DNA of 38,482 nt from a virus (IMGVR_UViG_3300035307_000034:1-38482), one strand, 5' to 3'; positions 1-8,391 are shown, counted from the first letter of the stretch. Translations and numbers: made by a program. Notes: a model not told the origin generated them from the letters alone.

Positions 1-1
1 C

Positions 2-424
2 AGCGGCGACAGCGTTGTATTTTGCGGCGTCAATCTGCTCTAGAAACGTCTTGCGCTGCCTTTCCAGGGCGATGCGCGCCATCCGTTCGTTGCGTTCGGT
101 GCGGTCGTCAAATTCTCTTTTCTGAGCCTCTATGCGCTCCTGAAGAGCCTTCGCGGCCTCATCGTGCTTACGCTGGCGATCTTCGAAGTCTCGCCTCGTA
201 CGCTCGAACTCTTCCTCGCGTTTCTGCTGTTCGGCCTTAGCCCGCTCCAACTGAGAGCGAACGATAGGAAGAACCTCATGCCCCCGGCGCACGTATTCAT
301 CCGGACTACGCCAATGATCGGGGTTTCCGCGCCACTCATTTTTGTCGACCCATCCCATATCCTTCGCTTGGCGAATGATCTCGGGATCGAAAGTTACTTC
401 ATTGTCTTGGACTTCTATGTCCAT
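2..424 (-). CDS. Putative head scaffolding protein (partial, runs off the window; not in ORF track)
   Basis: ATG at 424 with GAGG RBS. Reads MDIEVQDNEVTFDPEIIRQAKDMGWVDKNEWRGNPDHWRSPDEYVRRG followed by a charged coiled-coil. Lies downstream of portal and GroES. Confidence 0.6.
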   Translation of the reverse strand, partial: MDIEVQDNEVTFDPEIIRQAKDMGWVDKNEWRGNPDHWRSPDEYVRRGHEVLPIVRSQLERAKAEQQKREEEFERTRRDFEDRQRKHDEAAKALQERIEAQKREFDDRTERNERMARIALERQRKTFLEQIDAAKYNAVAA

Positions 425-435
425 AATTACCTCGA

Positions 436-855
436 TTAAAAGTCGATAATAGCGCCGATGTCCTGATCGTTAACCATTCTATAGTCAACGCCATCTTTGC
501 CTTTTACGGTAGAACCACTATGCCGAGCAAAATAAACCCTATCACCTGCCTTTGGGAATACTACCCAATCAGGCCATTCATGATAAGAAAACGCTGCTGG
601 GGACAGATCGATGATCGTTCCCAGAATCTGCCCTCGTGACTCAAGATCAAAAGCCTCGTCAGGAAGGAGAATTCCACCTTTTGTAACCTTTTTAGTTTCG
701 TCTGGAAGAACCAAAACCTTAAACTGAAAAGGTCGAATGCCGCTGTGGTTATTTGGGCTCAACGCAAATGACTTTTTTCTATTGAGACTTCCCTTGGGAC
801 GCCCCTTTTTCTTCGGAGATCCTGCCCCGAATGCTGTGGCATGAACCACACTCAT
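436..855 (-). CDS. groES: Phage co-chaperonin GroES (Cpn10)-like protein with basic N-terminal extension
   Basis: IRPFQFKVLV...KVTKGGILLPD mobile loop, KAGDRVYF..HSG..V..DGVDYRMVNDQDIGAII. Confidence 0.85.
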   Translation of the reverse strand: MSVVHATAFGAGSPKKKGRPKGSLNRKKSFALSPNNHSGIRPFQFKVLVLPDETKKVTKGGILLPDEAFDLESRGQILGTIIDLSPAAFSYHEWPDWVVFPKAGDRVYFARHSGSTVKGKDGVDYRMVNDQDIGAIIDF

Positions 856-1070
856 TAAATATCCTCATATGCTAGATTGATTATTTCAGTCAGAACGCGG
901 GCTCTGGCTCTCAAATCCGCCAACGTAAGCGGATCAGGATTTCCTCGCCCCCATGAATGCTTCATCCATGTAACTTCCGCCTCTTTGATATGATCGCGGA
1001 GTTTATCCATGACTTTTATCGTGACTGGATGCTCCAGCCAGTCGTCAAAATCGCTTTTTTCGAACGTCAT
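855..1070 (-). CDS. Hypothetical head-module protein
   Basis: Likely start MTFEKSDFDDWLEHPVT at 1070. Stop overlaps the groES start (TAATG). Confidence 0.6.
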   Translation of the reverse strand: MTFEKSDFDDWLEHPVTIKVMDKLRDHIKEAEVTWMKHSWGRGNPDPLTLADLRARARVLTEIINLAYEDI

Positions 1071-1185
1071 ATGCCTGTTTTGGGAGAGTTGCTGTAGAAA
1101 GTGGGAGAAAAATAAAGACGCATCTTCGCAATAAACCAATTAAATTAAGAAGATGCGCCGAAAAAATTAGCTATATAATTATATT

Positions 1186-1213
1186 ATTCTATTTTTGGCA
1201 AAATACTTGTCAA
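1186..1213 (-). promoter_or_regulatory. Sigma70-like promoter driving groES/scaffold genes
   Basis: Minus strand TTGACA (1213-1208), 16 nt, TAGAAT (1191-1186) in an AT-rich intergenic gap. Confidence 0.55.
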
Positions 1214-1225
1214 CGCCATTAAAAA

Positions 1226-3223
1226 TTATTTTACGAGAGCTTCCGCCGCTTTATCTGCTTGCTCGTTCTGATTATTTATCTGCTCTTGTGCGAAATTCAT
1301 GCTATTTTGATCCATTTCCGCCGCCGCTTTAGCGCCACGAATATGAGTGTCTGCCAAATGGGCAGCGCCACGAGCATTGTTGAGGTCAATATCGCTTTGA
1401 AGCTTCTCAAGCTGCTTCTGCATCATTACCATCTGTATCTGACCCTGCGGCGTCTGTTCCGGTGGCGGAGCGGGCGGCGCAAGGATGTCAAGGAAGTTGT
1501 CGATTCCCGCAGCGGTTAGCAGCCGAACCAAAGTCTTGCTAGGATCAAGCAATTTATCATACGGAGCCTGAGACTGGAGTTGAGAGAGCATTTGAGCTCT
1601 TGCGATTCGCTGCATCTCTGTGATAAGATTTGGATCAGCGACCGGAGTGACGGCAATGTTATCTTCTGCGTAATCAAGGGAGACGCTCGCCGGTTCTCCG
1701 ACGATCCTGCTGTATTCTTCGTCAGACAAGTATTTTCTGTTAAGCCTGTAGAGTATCTTGTATTCTTTGGACAGAGCTTTAAAGATGCGCTTGTAAATGG
1801 CGGTGAACACCTTCAAGCCCTGCTCAATCAAGGCAAGCAATGTCGTTGGCTGAATCTGCTGGCTACGAACGTCCCCGGTGAGAATATCCTGAATAGACGT
1901 GATTTGCTTTGCGGATTCAACCATCATAGTGAGCAGTTGGAATAACGCCGCTGATGGTCCAGGGTGCTGCATCGTAACAATAGCGTTACGAATATCTTGC
2001 CCCATTTCCCCTAAAGTGTAGTAAACGCCGGGCTCGAATCGATACTCGCTTTTTTTCAGCGAGAGGCCAGAGCCGATAAATCCGCCGCCAGCATTTTGCA
2101 AATGACCAGCATCAAGCATCTGATTCATCGTACTATCGATAACGGCGGTAATGCTTTCCAGAAGCATTCCGAACCCAATAGGATAAAATCCGCCGTCTGG
2201 ATCGGGAATGAATGGATAGACAACAAAATAGTCTTCGCGCGGTATGCGAAGAATTTTGTCTTTCCGATATTTTATTTCACGTGGATCAAAGCCAGCCGTA
2301 ATGCGAAGGACTTGCTCCGAACGCTCATGGACGGTTACAATCCAGGGCTCTGGATAGCCGTCTCCATCAAGGTCATAGTAGCAATGTTGCTCAATAATTT
2401 TGTATGGAGCAGCGTCGTCATTCGCAGTATCGTCGTCATAAAGATCAGCGTCAATAAAAATATTAGCGCGGACTCGCTCCTCAACTTCCTGAGGATACAG
2501 TTCAAAAACATGACTTATTCTCGGGGCGTTTTCTAGAGACTTTACCTTTTGGTTTACGACTAAATTAATAAGACTGATGAATACGGAGTTGGGCTTGTCG
2601 TTTTCAAAACGCCAGAAACTTTTCCTTGCGCCGCCACCGATGATCGCCATCTGATGGAGCATGAGGTCGGTTTCCGTTTCCCAATCTTCCATTTCTTCGA
2701 GGCACTGATAGCTCATATGCGAAGATACGCGCGCGCTACGAGCCGCTTGCACGCCTTGGGGGTCAGCGCCAGTCAGTTTTGCCTTAACAACATCTCTGCC
2801 TGAGATGATGGCAGGATAAGCTCTTGCTGCGAATTGCAGAGCAGCGGTCGTTAGCAAAGGATAGTGAACGTTAGCAGCGCCAGGAAATGGATAGGTTTTT
2901 TCCTCACGCTTCTGCTTGGCGATCTCTAACGCACGTCTAGCCTTTTCTTCCCACTCTTCGCGAGACGCTTTATCAATGCGATAACCGTCCATAACCTTGT
3001 AACCAAGGGATCGGAGAGTGTCTTGATCAATCTCAGAGGCGACGTTAGGCATGGATGCCCAGCGTTGCAACTCAACCAGGGTCGGCGGAAAATCAGGCTT
3101 ACGATGCTCGGGAAGCGGAATCAGCCCTTTTGGGCCATCCGCCTCTGGTTCAGCAAGGGCGTTGCGAGTCGAACGGTAATCCCAGTCTTCCGAGGGCTTA
3201 GCGTCGGAAGCAGTAAAGCTCAT
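1226..3223 (-). CDS. Portal protein (P22-like podoviral type)
   Basis: 665 aa next to TerL. YPFPGAANVHYPLLTTAALQFAARAY, DLDGDGYPEPWIVTV, GFYPIGFG, NQMLDAGHLQN motifs and a Q-rich helical C-terminus. Confidence 0.85.
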   Translation of the reverse strand: MSFTASDAKPSEDWDYRSTRNALAEPEADGPKGLIPLPEHRKPDFPPTLVELQRWASMPNVASEIDQDTLRSLGYKVMDGYRIDKASREEWEEKARRALEIAKQKREEKTYPFPGAANVHYPLLTTAALQFAARAYPAIISGRDVVKAKLTGADPQGVQAARSARVSSHMSYQCLEEMEDWETETDLMLHQMAIIGGGARKSFWRFENDKPNSVFISLINLVVNQKVKSLENAPRISHVFELYPQEVEERVRANIFIDADLYDDDTANDDAAPYKIIEQHCYYDLDGDGYPEPWIVTVHERSEQVLRITAGFDPREIKYRKDKILRIPREDYFVVYPFIPDPDGGFYPIGFGMLLESITAVIDSTMNQMLDAGHLQNAGGGFIGSGLSLKKSEYRFEPGVYYTLGEMGQDIRNAIVTMQHPGPSAALFQLLTMMVESAKQITSIQDILTGDVRSQQIQPTTLLALIEQGLKVFTAIYKRIFKALSKEYKILYRLNRKYLSDEEYSRIVGEPASVSLDYAEDNIAVTPVADPNLITEMQRIARAQMLSQLQSQAPYDKLLDPSKTLVRLLTAAGIDNFLDILAPPAPPPEQTPQGQIQMVMMQKQLEKLQSDIDLNNARGAAHLADTHIRGAKAAAEMDQNSMNFAQEQINNQNEQADKAAEALVK

Positions 3224-3390
3224 TCGTAGCTACGCTCTTTCCTGGCTTTGCGGCGAGGCTTCCGGTCAGAACGTTCTGAGCCTTTCGCGCCCATAACGTA
3301 AGAGATAGCCTTGTGGAAAGGGATGCCGTCACGCTCAGAGAGCTTCATTGCGCGTTCGACAATAGCGTCGGGTTTTGAATTATCAGACAT
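3220..3390 (-). CDS. Small basic hypothetical protein (56 aa; not in ORF track)
   Basis: MSDNSKPDAIVERAMKLSERDGIPFHKAISYVMGAKGSERSDRKPRRKARKERSYE; ATGA overlap with the portal start. Confidence 0.55.
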   Translation of the reverse strand: MSDNSKPDAIVERAMKLSERDGIPFHKAISYVMGAKGSERSDRKPRRKARKERSYE

Positions 3391-3396
3391 TTTAAA

Positions 3397-3576
3397 TTAT
3401 TTGTGGAAAGAACTAAGGGTTTTTGCGAGATTAGCGCGTTTACGAGTTATTGGGTTCTTCGAGTGTGCAGCTTTGGCGAGCTTAGATGCTGGAATTTTCT
3501 TGTCAGCAGGCACGCCAAGGGTTTTGTGCAAGGCTCCAGGATTTTTTACCGCACCTTTTATCCAATTTTTCGCCAT
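3397..3576 (-). CDS. Small basic phage protein (59 aa; not in ORF track)
   Basis: MAKNWIKGAVKNPGALHKTLGVPADKKIPASKLAKAAHSKNPITRKRANLAKTLSSFHK; abuts the TerL-C stop. Confidence 0.65.
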   Translation of the reverse strand: MAKNWIKGAVKNPGALHKTLGVPADKKIPASKLAKAAHSKNPITRKRANLAKTLSSFHK

Positions 3577-4323
3577 TTAGTAACCTGTTATAGATGATTT
3601 GCCAGAGCGGAAAGGAACGACGTTATCTTCTTCGTCTTCATCTTCTACAGAGGGCGCGCACCTAGCAAATACTAGTCCGGAGACCATTGCATATCGAGTT
3701 GCGTCCATAAGATGATCGTTCTCTTTTACAATCATACCCTTCTTCGACCGCCTGTAAATGCGATACTCAGAAGCCCAGTTAGAGCAAGTTCTAAATACTT
3801 TTAATCGTCCTGACACCAGTCTGCTGTATACTTCGTAGATTCCAGCTTCCACAGCATTATCAGCAGGGCGGAGCTTAAGGCCGAGATTTCTATAAATGTC
3901 AATGAGCTTAGAACCATCCATTTGAGATGAACCAGCTCCAGCAGGATCAATAACGCCGGGAATATATTCGCCACGAGCCCGGATAGAATGTGCGTGAATT
4001 TGTGGAGGATTTTGGCCAAGGTAATGCTCAGAGTAAATGTAGACGACGTCGGAATCTCGGTCCCAGGCGCACCAGACGACAGCGGTTCGGTTCCAACCGA
4101 CGTCCATGCCGTAAACTTTCGGCCAGTATTCCGGGATTTTTATCGGGTCAATAAAGATGTCATCTTCGGGGACGGGGTAAACCTTGCCAGAACCAAGCAT
4201 AGGGATGCCCTTAGATCGGGCTTCACGTTCGTGTACGGGGAACTGCTTAAGCATTTCATCGCACATTGCTTTAGTTAAGTGTGGAACCTCACTCCACCCT
4301 ATAGTCGTGACCCACCTAGCCAT
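3577..4323 (-). CDS. terL: Terminase large subunit, C-terminal part (ATPase lid segment plus RNase H-like nuclease domain)
   Basis: HEREARSKGIPMLGSGKVY, GMDVGW, IDPAG and NDHLMDATRYA motifs, colinear with the P22 gp2 C-terminal half. Confidence 0.9.
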   Translation of the reverse strand: MARWVTTIGWSEVPHLTKAMCDEMLKQFPVHEREARSKGIPMLGSGKVYPVPEDDIFIDPIKIPEYWPKVYGMDVGWNRTAVVWCAWDRDSDVVYIYSEHYLGQNPPQIHAHSIRARGEYIPGVIDPAGAGSSQMDGSKLIDIYRNLGLKLRPADNAVEAGIYEVYSRLVSGRLKVFRTCSNWASEYRIYRRSKKGMIVKENDHLMDATRYAMVSGLVFARCAPSVEDEDEEDNVVPFRSGKSSITGY

Positions 4324-6155
4324 TAGTCGTCTTCGCCTTCGTGCTCATCCTCATATGGGCGAACACTATTTATGTCCGTAATATTTGGCGCGTATTCTGG
4401 CAAGTATAAAAGAACAACGTCTGATAGCCCATTAAGTGGAGTAAAAGTACAGATCATTATTCCATCTCTAGTCATAAGTCTAGTTAAGCATTCAGTGTAT
4501 ACGTCTAGAGGTCCTTCCTCATCCAGCCAAATTAAATCGCGTGCAGTTCCTTGGAACTTCTTCCTTCCCTGATCAAAACTCTTTAGGCCAAGCGTGCTAG
4601 CCCCACCTGACACATGTTTAATTCTTACGGTATCGACCGCGCCTGGGACGCCAGCCCTATGAGTTGGTACTCCCAGGATGCAATCTTTTGGAATCAGACC
4701 CGAGCCAAAATCACCGATGTCTCCTAAGAGTATCTGCTGAACGATGTCACGCGTAGTCTCAGAGGTATCAGAAGCACTCCATGCGTCAATCGGCCTCCTA
4801 AACCTCCTGCCTTCCCACCATTCAGGATATCTCCCCGTCAAGTGCAAAGATGTCTCATATCCTCCGATGCCGAAGCTCTTCCCCGAGTTGTGGCTGACGA
4901 TTCCGCCACTTTCATAACAATGCGTTTCCTCTACAGTAAAATCCAAAACTGGTTGATAACCAATGCTTTCTATGATATTTATCCTTTGGCCACCAACTAA
5001 CCTAAGATGACCGTATGGGATATAACAATCATAAATCGGTGTGCGAAGTGCACCATCAAGAAATTCTTCTTTTGATTGACCAAAAGGTAACCATCGTACA
5101 GATTGCACGAACGCTGGGAATTCCACATTCAGCGCTGAAAGGATATCTTGGGCGTCGTCATATCCATTCACAAAGCCCCGCCGATGCTTCCCACAAGGTC
5201 GATGAGAAGCGTGTCGCTGAGATGCTAGCTTTAGGAACAACTCATCGGATAATAGCCGAAGTTCTCGGCATTCATCGCTCGACAGTAGAGCGGACAGCGA
5301 AGAAGCTTGGCCTACAAACCGCGAGATCAGGTCCACGATCTGGTGTGGGTCATCCAGAATGGAAAGGGGGAAGGGTTCTTGAAAAATACGGTTATATCGG
5401 CATCCATGCTCCTCTGCATCCCCAGGCAAAAAAAACCAATGGGCGGGTTCCTGAGCACCGACTTGTGATGGAGGTGAAGCTTCAGCGGTTCCTGACAAGG
5501 GAAGAAGTTGTTGATCACAAAGACAACTGTCCCTATCACAACTGGCCAGATAATTTGGCCAGTTACGCTTGCAATGCAGACCACTTGAGAGCTGAACTAA
5601 CAGGGAAATGGGCGTCCAGCCCTCGGAAGTCAATAATAGGTGCTTACGGGTGCAATCAAAAGTTGAACCATTGTCCAAATGAAGACGAAACATTGGCTCA
5701 ATGCCCTTTAGAAATACGCCGCCAGCTTTTTTTTTACATCGAGAGCTTCCGTCCCACGACGAAACATAAAAACCTTCCTCGCCGATCAATTCTGAGATTA
5801 GGCGCGTGGAGGAACCCATTTCTATGGGAGTAAGTGGGCCTAAACAACGATTTGCCGCGATTGCTGCGCGTTCTCTGTACTCCCGTCCTGCTTTAAAAAA
5901 TTCCATGTGCTTCGGGTACAACTCCCTTCTCAGAGGACCTGTCTCGGGATACAGCGTTTGGAGCTTATTGTACTTGTTATGGTTTTCTATCGCCTCCAAA
6001 TGCTGGAGGAGTTCGTCGCCTTCTTTTTCAGGCAACTTCCCAATCGCAGTCGGTGATGGCTTCAGCTTCTGGAGAAGCGCCTTTACCTGATCTGGGGGCA
6101 ATGTTTTCAAGTAGTCTTGCAGGTTCTGCGGTGATTTCGATGGCTTCTGGGACAT
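4323..6155 (-). CDS. terL: Terminase large subunit, N-terminal ATPase part, intein-containing precursor
   Basis: Walker A AANR|SGKS interrupted by the intein; HLTGRYPEWWEGRRF; Walker B LIWLDEE; coupling motif TFTPLNG. Start uncertain because it overlaps terS. Confidence 0.9.
   Translation of the reverse strand: MSQKPSKSPQNLQDYLKTLPPDQVKALLQKLKPSPTAIGKLPEKEGDELLQHLEAIENHNKYNKLQTLYPETGPLRRELYPKHMEFFKAGREYRERAAIAANRCLGPLTPIEMGSSTRLISELIGEEGFYVSSWDGSSRCKKKAGGVFLKGIEPMFRLHLDNGSTFDCTRKHLLLTSEGWTPISLLVQLSSGLHCKRNWPNYLASCDRDSCLCDQQLLPLSGTAEASPPSQVGAQEPAHWFFLPGDAEEHGCRYNRIFQEPFPLSILDDPHQIVDLISRFVGQASSLSALLSSDECRELRLLSDELFLKLASQRHASHRPCGKHRRGFVNGYDDAQDILSALNVEFPAFVQSVRWLPFGQSKEEFLDGALRTPIYDCYIPYGHLRLVGGQRINIIESIGYQPVLDFTVEETHCYESGGIVSHNSGKSFGIGGYETSLHLTGRYPEWWEGRRFRRPIDAWSASDTSETTRDIVQQILLGDIGDFGSGLIPKDCILGVPTHRAGVPGAVDTVRIKHVSGGASTLGLKSFDQGRKKFQGTARDLIWLDEEGPLDVYTECLTRLMTRDGIMICTFTPLNGLSDVVLLYLPEYAPNITDINSVRPYEDEHEGEDD
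4887..5846 (-). mobile_element. Intein (320 aa) in TerL Walker A
   Basis: Begins CLGPLTPI (Cys codon 5846-5844); block B DCTRKHLLLTSEGW; block F VLDFTVEETHCY; ends SHN followed by +1 Ser. Removal restores AANRSGKS. Confidence 0.92.
5015..5833 (+). CDS. HTH-containing HNH homing endonuclease encoded antisense inside the intein
   Basis: Two HTH-like segments (TIVQIARTLGIPHSALKGYL; THRIIAEVLGIHRSTVERTAKKLGL), a NUMOD3-like GHPEWKGGR segment and an HNH_3-type core EHRLVME...EVVDHKDNCPYHNWPDNL...ADH. Confidence 0.85.
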   Translation: MGYNNHKSVCEVHHQEILLLIDQKVTIVQIARTLGIPHSALKGYLGRRHIHSQSPADASHKVDEKRVAEMLALGTTHRIIAEVLGIHRSTVERTAKKLGLQTARSGPRSGVGHPEWKGGRVLEKYGYIGIHAPLHPQAKKTNGRVPEHRLVMEVKLQRFLTREEVVDHKDNCPYHNWPDNLASYACNADHLRAELTGKWASSPRKSIIGAYGCNQKLNHCPNEDETLAQCPLEIRRQLFFYIESFRPTTKHKNLPRRSILRLGAWRNPFLWE

Positions 6156-6660
6156 GCTCTTTGAATAGCTCTGGGTTCGTCTTGGCTAATATTTCCAATA
6201 TACGCAAATTCCTTTCATCTTCGCTGACCTTATGCTCTATCTCATTTCGGACTTCAGAGTACCGAGTCCCATATTTCTGAGGAGCCAATCTTTCTGCAAG
6301 CTTAATATAGGCTTCTACTGCCTGTCTTCCATTCTTCGCGTCGTCTCTTGCGAGATGTTCCTCCAATTGGAAAAGCGCCCGATCCATCAGCGTATGTGAT
6401 TGCTGGGAGCGGGCGCGACAGAGCATTTCGGAAAATTCAGGATTCTTATAAGCCCATGTGTATATGGAATGCGTCTCAATCTTGAGGCGTTTCGCAATTT
6501 TTTCCATGGTTAACCCACTCGCGATCATCTCGCAAATGAGTTCCGCCCGTTCTTGAGTGTAAATTCCTGGGCCTATTTTTTTTGGTTTTAGTCCGACAAA
6601 GTCACCGAGACGCCCTTTTAACAGACTTTTGGCTGTTTTTGCGTTTGTCGGCTTTAACAA
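6028..6660 (-). CDS. terS: Terminase small subunit (Sf6 gp1-like)
   Basis: YTQERAELICEMIASGLTM..I...IYTW....PEF......AR and RLAPQKYG motifs, immediately upstream of terL. Start uncertain. Confidence 0.8.
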   Translation of the reverse strand: MLKPTNAKTAKSLLKGRLGDFVGLKPKKIGPGIYTQERAELICEMIASGLTMEKIAKRLKIETHSIYTWAYKNPEFSEMLCRARSQQSHTLMDRALFQLEEHLARDDAKNGRQAVEAYIKLAERLAPQKYGTRYSEVRNEIEHKVSEDERNLRILEILAKTNPELFKEHVPEAIEITAEPARLLENIAPRSGKGASPEAEAITDCDWEVA

Positions 6661-6769
6661 ACTCTTGTGCGACCTTAATTGGCGGGAGTTTGCCCTTGGC
6701 TTTTTTTCTTGACTTGGAATGTGCAGCCATTTCCATTAAATTATGCTGGGCTTGGCTAACGGAAGGCAT
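6602..6769 (-). CDS. Small basic phage protein (55 aa; not in ORF track)
   Basis: MPSVSQAQHNLMEMAAHSKSRKKAKGKLPPIKVAQEFVKADKRKNSQKSVKRASR. Confidence 0.6.
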   Translation of the reverse strand: MPSVSQAQHNLMEMAAHSKSRKKAKGKLPPIKVAQEFVKADKRKNSQKSVKRASR

Positions 6770-6770
6770 T

Positions 6771-6890
6771 TCAGCACTTCCCGCCCTTCTTGCGCGCCTT
6801 AACCTTGCCGCCTTTCTTCAAGCCCTTCTCTTTGAGCTTGTCAGCGATCAGCTTCTTGTCTTCCGCTTCGTCCATGTGTTTCTTAGCCAT
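6771..6890 (-). CDS. Small Lys-rich protein (39 aa; not in ORF track)
   Basis: MAKKHMDEAEDKKLIADKLKEKGLKKGGKVKARKKGGKC; first gene of the packaging operon. Confidence 0.55.
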   Translation of the reverse strand: MAKKHMDEAEDKKLIADKLKEKGLKKGGKVKARKKGGKC

Positions 6891-6994
6891 TATTTTTTCC
6901 GTATTTATTGAAGAAAATTGATGAGGCTTGAGTATGTTGCCTCGGTTACATGTCCCATTATAATTGAGCTCATTAGATTAACAACATATTCGCC

Positions 6995-7318
6995 ATGGCA
7001 AAATCATTTAAACAAAACAAATTCGGCGCTAAACCTCAGCGGCAAGACGGCATATTCTTCGCATCGAAAAAAGAGCTGAAAAGATGGAATGAACTGAAGG
7101 GGTTAGAGGAAATCGGAAGTATCTCAGACCTGCAACGTCAGGTGAAGTTTCCATTCAAGCTCGACGGAAAGCTAATGTTTAGCTATTACGCTGATTTCGT
7201 CTATAATAACGGTGAGGGAAAGGTGGTGGAAGACTCAAAAGGCTTCAGGACGCCTCTTTACAAATTGAAGAAGAAGATAATAGAAAATAGTTACGGAATA
7301 AAAATCCTTGAGACCTAA
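6995..7318 (+). CDS. DUF1064-family PD-(D/E)XK endonuclease
   Basis: DGIFFASKKE..R..EL, LQRQVKF, YYADFVY, VVEDSKG.RTP.YKLKKK. Confidence 0.85.
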   Translation: MAKSFKQNKFGAKPQRQDGIFFASKKELKRWNELKGLEEIGSISDLQRQVKFPFKLDGKLMFSYYADFVYNNGEGKVVEDSKGFRTPLYKLKKKIIENSYGIKILET

Positions 7319-7319
7319 T

Positions 7320-7523
7320 TCAGGCGGCAGGAAGCCAAACGCTCTCCATTCCTCGCTGTGCAAGCTGTCTCTTCGCGCTAGAAACGTTACGCGCCCGCAC
7401 AAAAGGGAACGGCGCAGCTGATTCAACACACACGAGACCGCTCGGAGTATTTTGCCATTTTGTAGCGGTAAAGCCACTGCTAGTGTTTATGATGCAAATC
7501 CAGATCTCTAATTTTTTTCCCAT
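7320..7523 (-). CDS. Hypothetical protein
   Basis: ATG with AGGAG RBS upstream; convergent with the DUF1064 gene. Confidence 0.5.
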   Translation of the reverse strand: MGKKLEIWICIINTSSGFTATKWQNTPSGLVCVESAAPFPFVRARNVSSAKRQLAQRGMESVWLPAA

Positions 7524-7665
7524 TGTCTTTCAACTCCTTATCTTATCTTAGCTTTCTCATTGATTTAATGGTGCATGGCTAGCGAAAGGTTGTCAATAAA
7601 AAAATGCATTTCCTTTTGCTCACAATGCGGTTATGATGCGCGGAATCGCAGCAAGAGGAGCAGAC

Positions 7666-8007
7666 ATGGATATCGAAGTTCTCAGCTACCATTTCACAGA
7701 AGAGCAGAAAAGAATAGGAGAAGTTGTCTGGAGAGAGTTAATGCAGCTCCAGAAATTTCTACGTGATAATGTCTATGAAACCGTTGTCACTGACGGACGA
7801 GCGACAAAAGGCCGAGAGATGGACATAACCATGACTCTTCTCTCTCACATCATGCTATCGGCTGTTGTTGATTTTATTTGGACAGAAATGGAACATAGCA
7901 AGAAAAACGCGGACGACATAAGAGTAATTCTTAATCCGCTGATTGACAAGCTCATCGACGATTTGAAGATAGCCCAAGCCATGGAAGCGCCTACAACTCT
8001 ACAGTAA
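7666..8007 (+). CDS. Hypothetical protein
   Basis: GAGGAG RBS before ATG 7666. Confidence 0.6.
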   Translation: MDIEVLSYHFTEEQKRIGEVVWRELMQLQKFLRDNVYETVVTDGRATKGREMDITMTLLSHIMLSAVVDFIWTEMEHSKKNADDIRVILNPLIDKLIDDLKIAQAMEAPTTLQ

Positions 8008-8010
8008 GTA

Positions 8011-8391
8011 TTGACGACCAATAGCATAGCCCGACCTGATTGCAGCCCAGATAAACGTCCGAAAATAAGCGCGTCTATGCGCTTAAAAGTGTGGGAGCTT
8101 CGGAAGGGCATATGCTATTGTTGTCGCCAGCCCATCATCGGGCATAAGGAGAAATGGATTGTCGAACACGTCATTGCGCGAGGAATCTGTGGAAAAGACG
8201 AAATAGCCAACTATTGGCCTTGTCATGAGACCTGCCGACGCGAAAAAGACAAGATCGACATCAAAATGATAGCGAAGACTAAGCGTATAAAAAAGCGCAA
8301 TTTAGGGATAAAAACGTCGAAATCTAATTTTGCGGGCGGAAAAAACTCTAAGTTCAAGAAAAAACTAGACGGAACAGTGGTGCTGCGATGA
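8011..8391 (+). CDS. HNH endonuclease (Zn-binding CxxC type)
   Basis: CYCCRQPI...VEHVIARG..G.D...N....HETC with a basic tail KKKLDGTVV. Confidence 0.8.
   Translation: MTTNSIARPDCSPDKRPKISASMRLKVWELRKGICYCCRQPIIGHKEKWIVEHVIARGICGKDEIANYWPCHETCRREKDKIDIKMIAKTKRIKKRNLGIKTSKSNFAGGKNSKFKKKLDGTVVLR

Noticed and set aside
1259-4572. Plus-strand ORFs opposite portal and terL
   Set aside because: Shadow ORFs with no motifs or RBS, unlike 5015..5833 which has clear HTH and HNH motifs.
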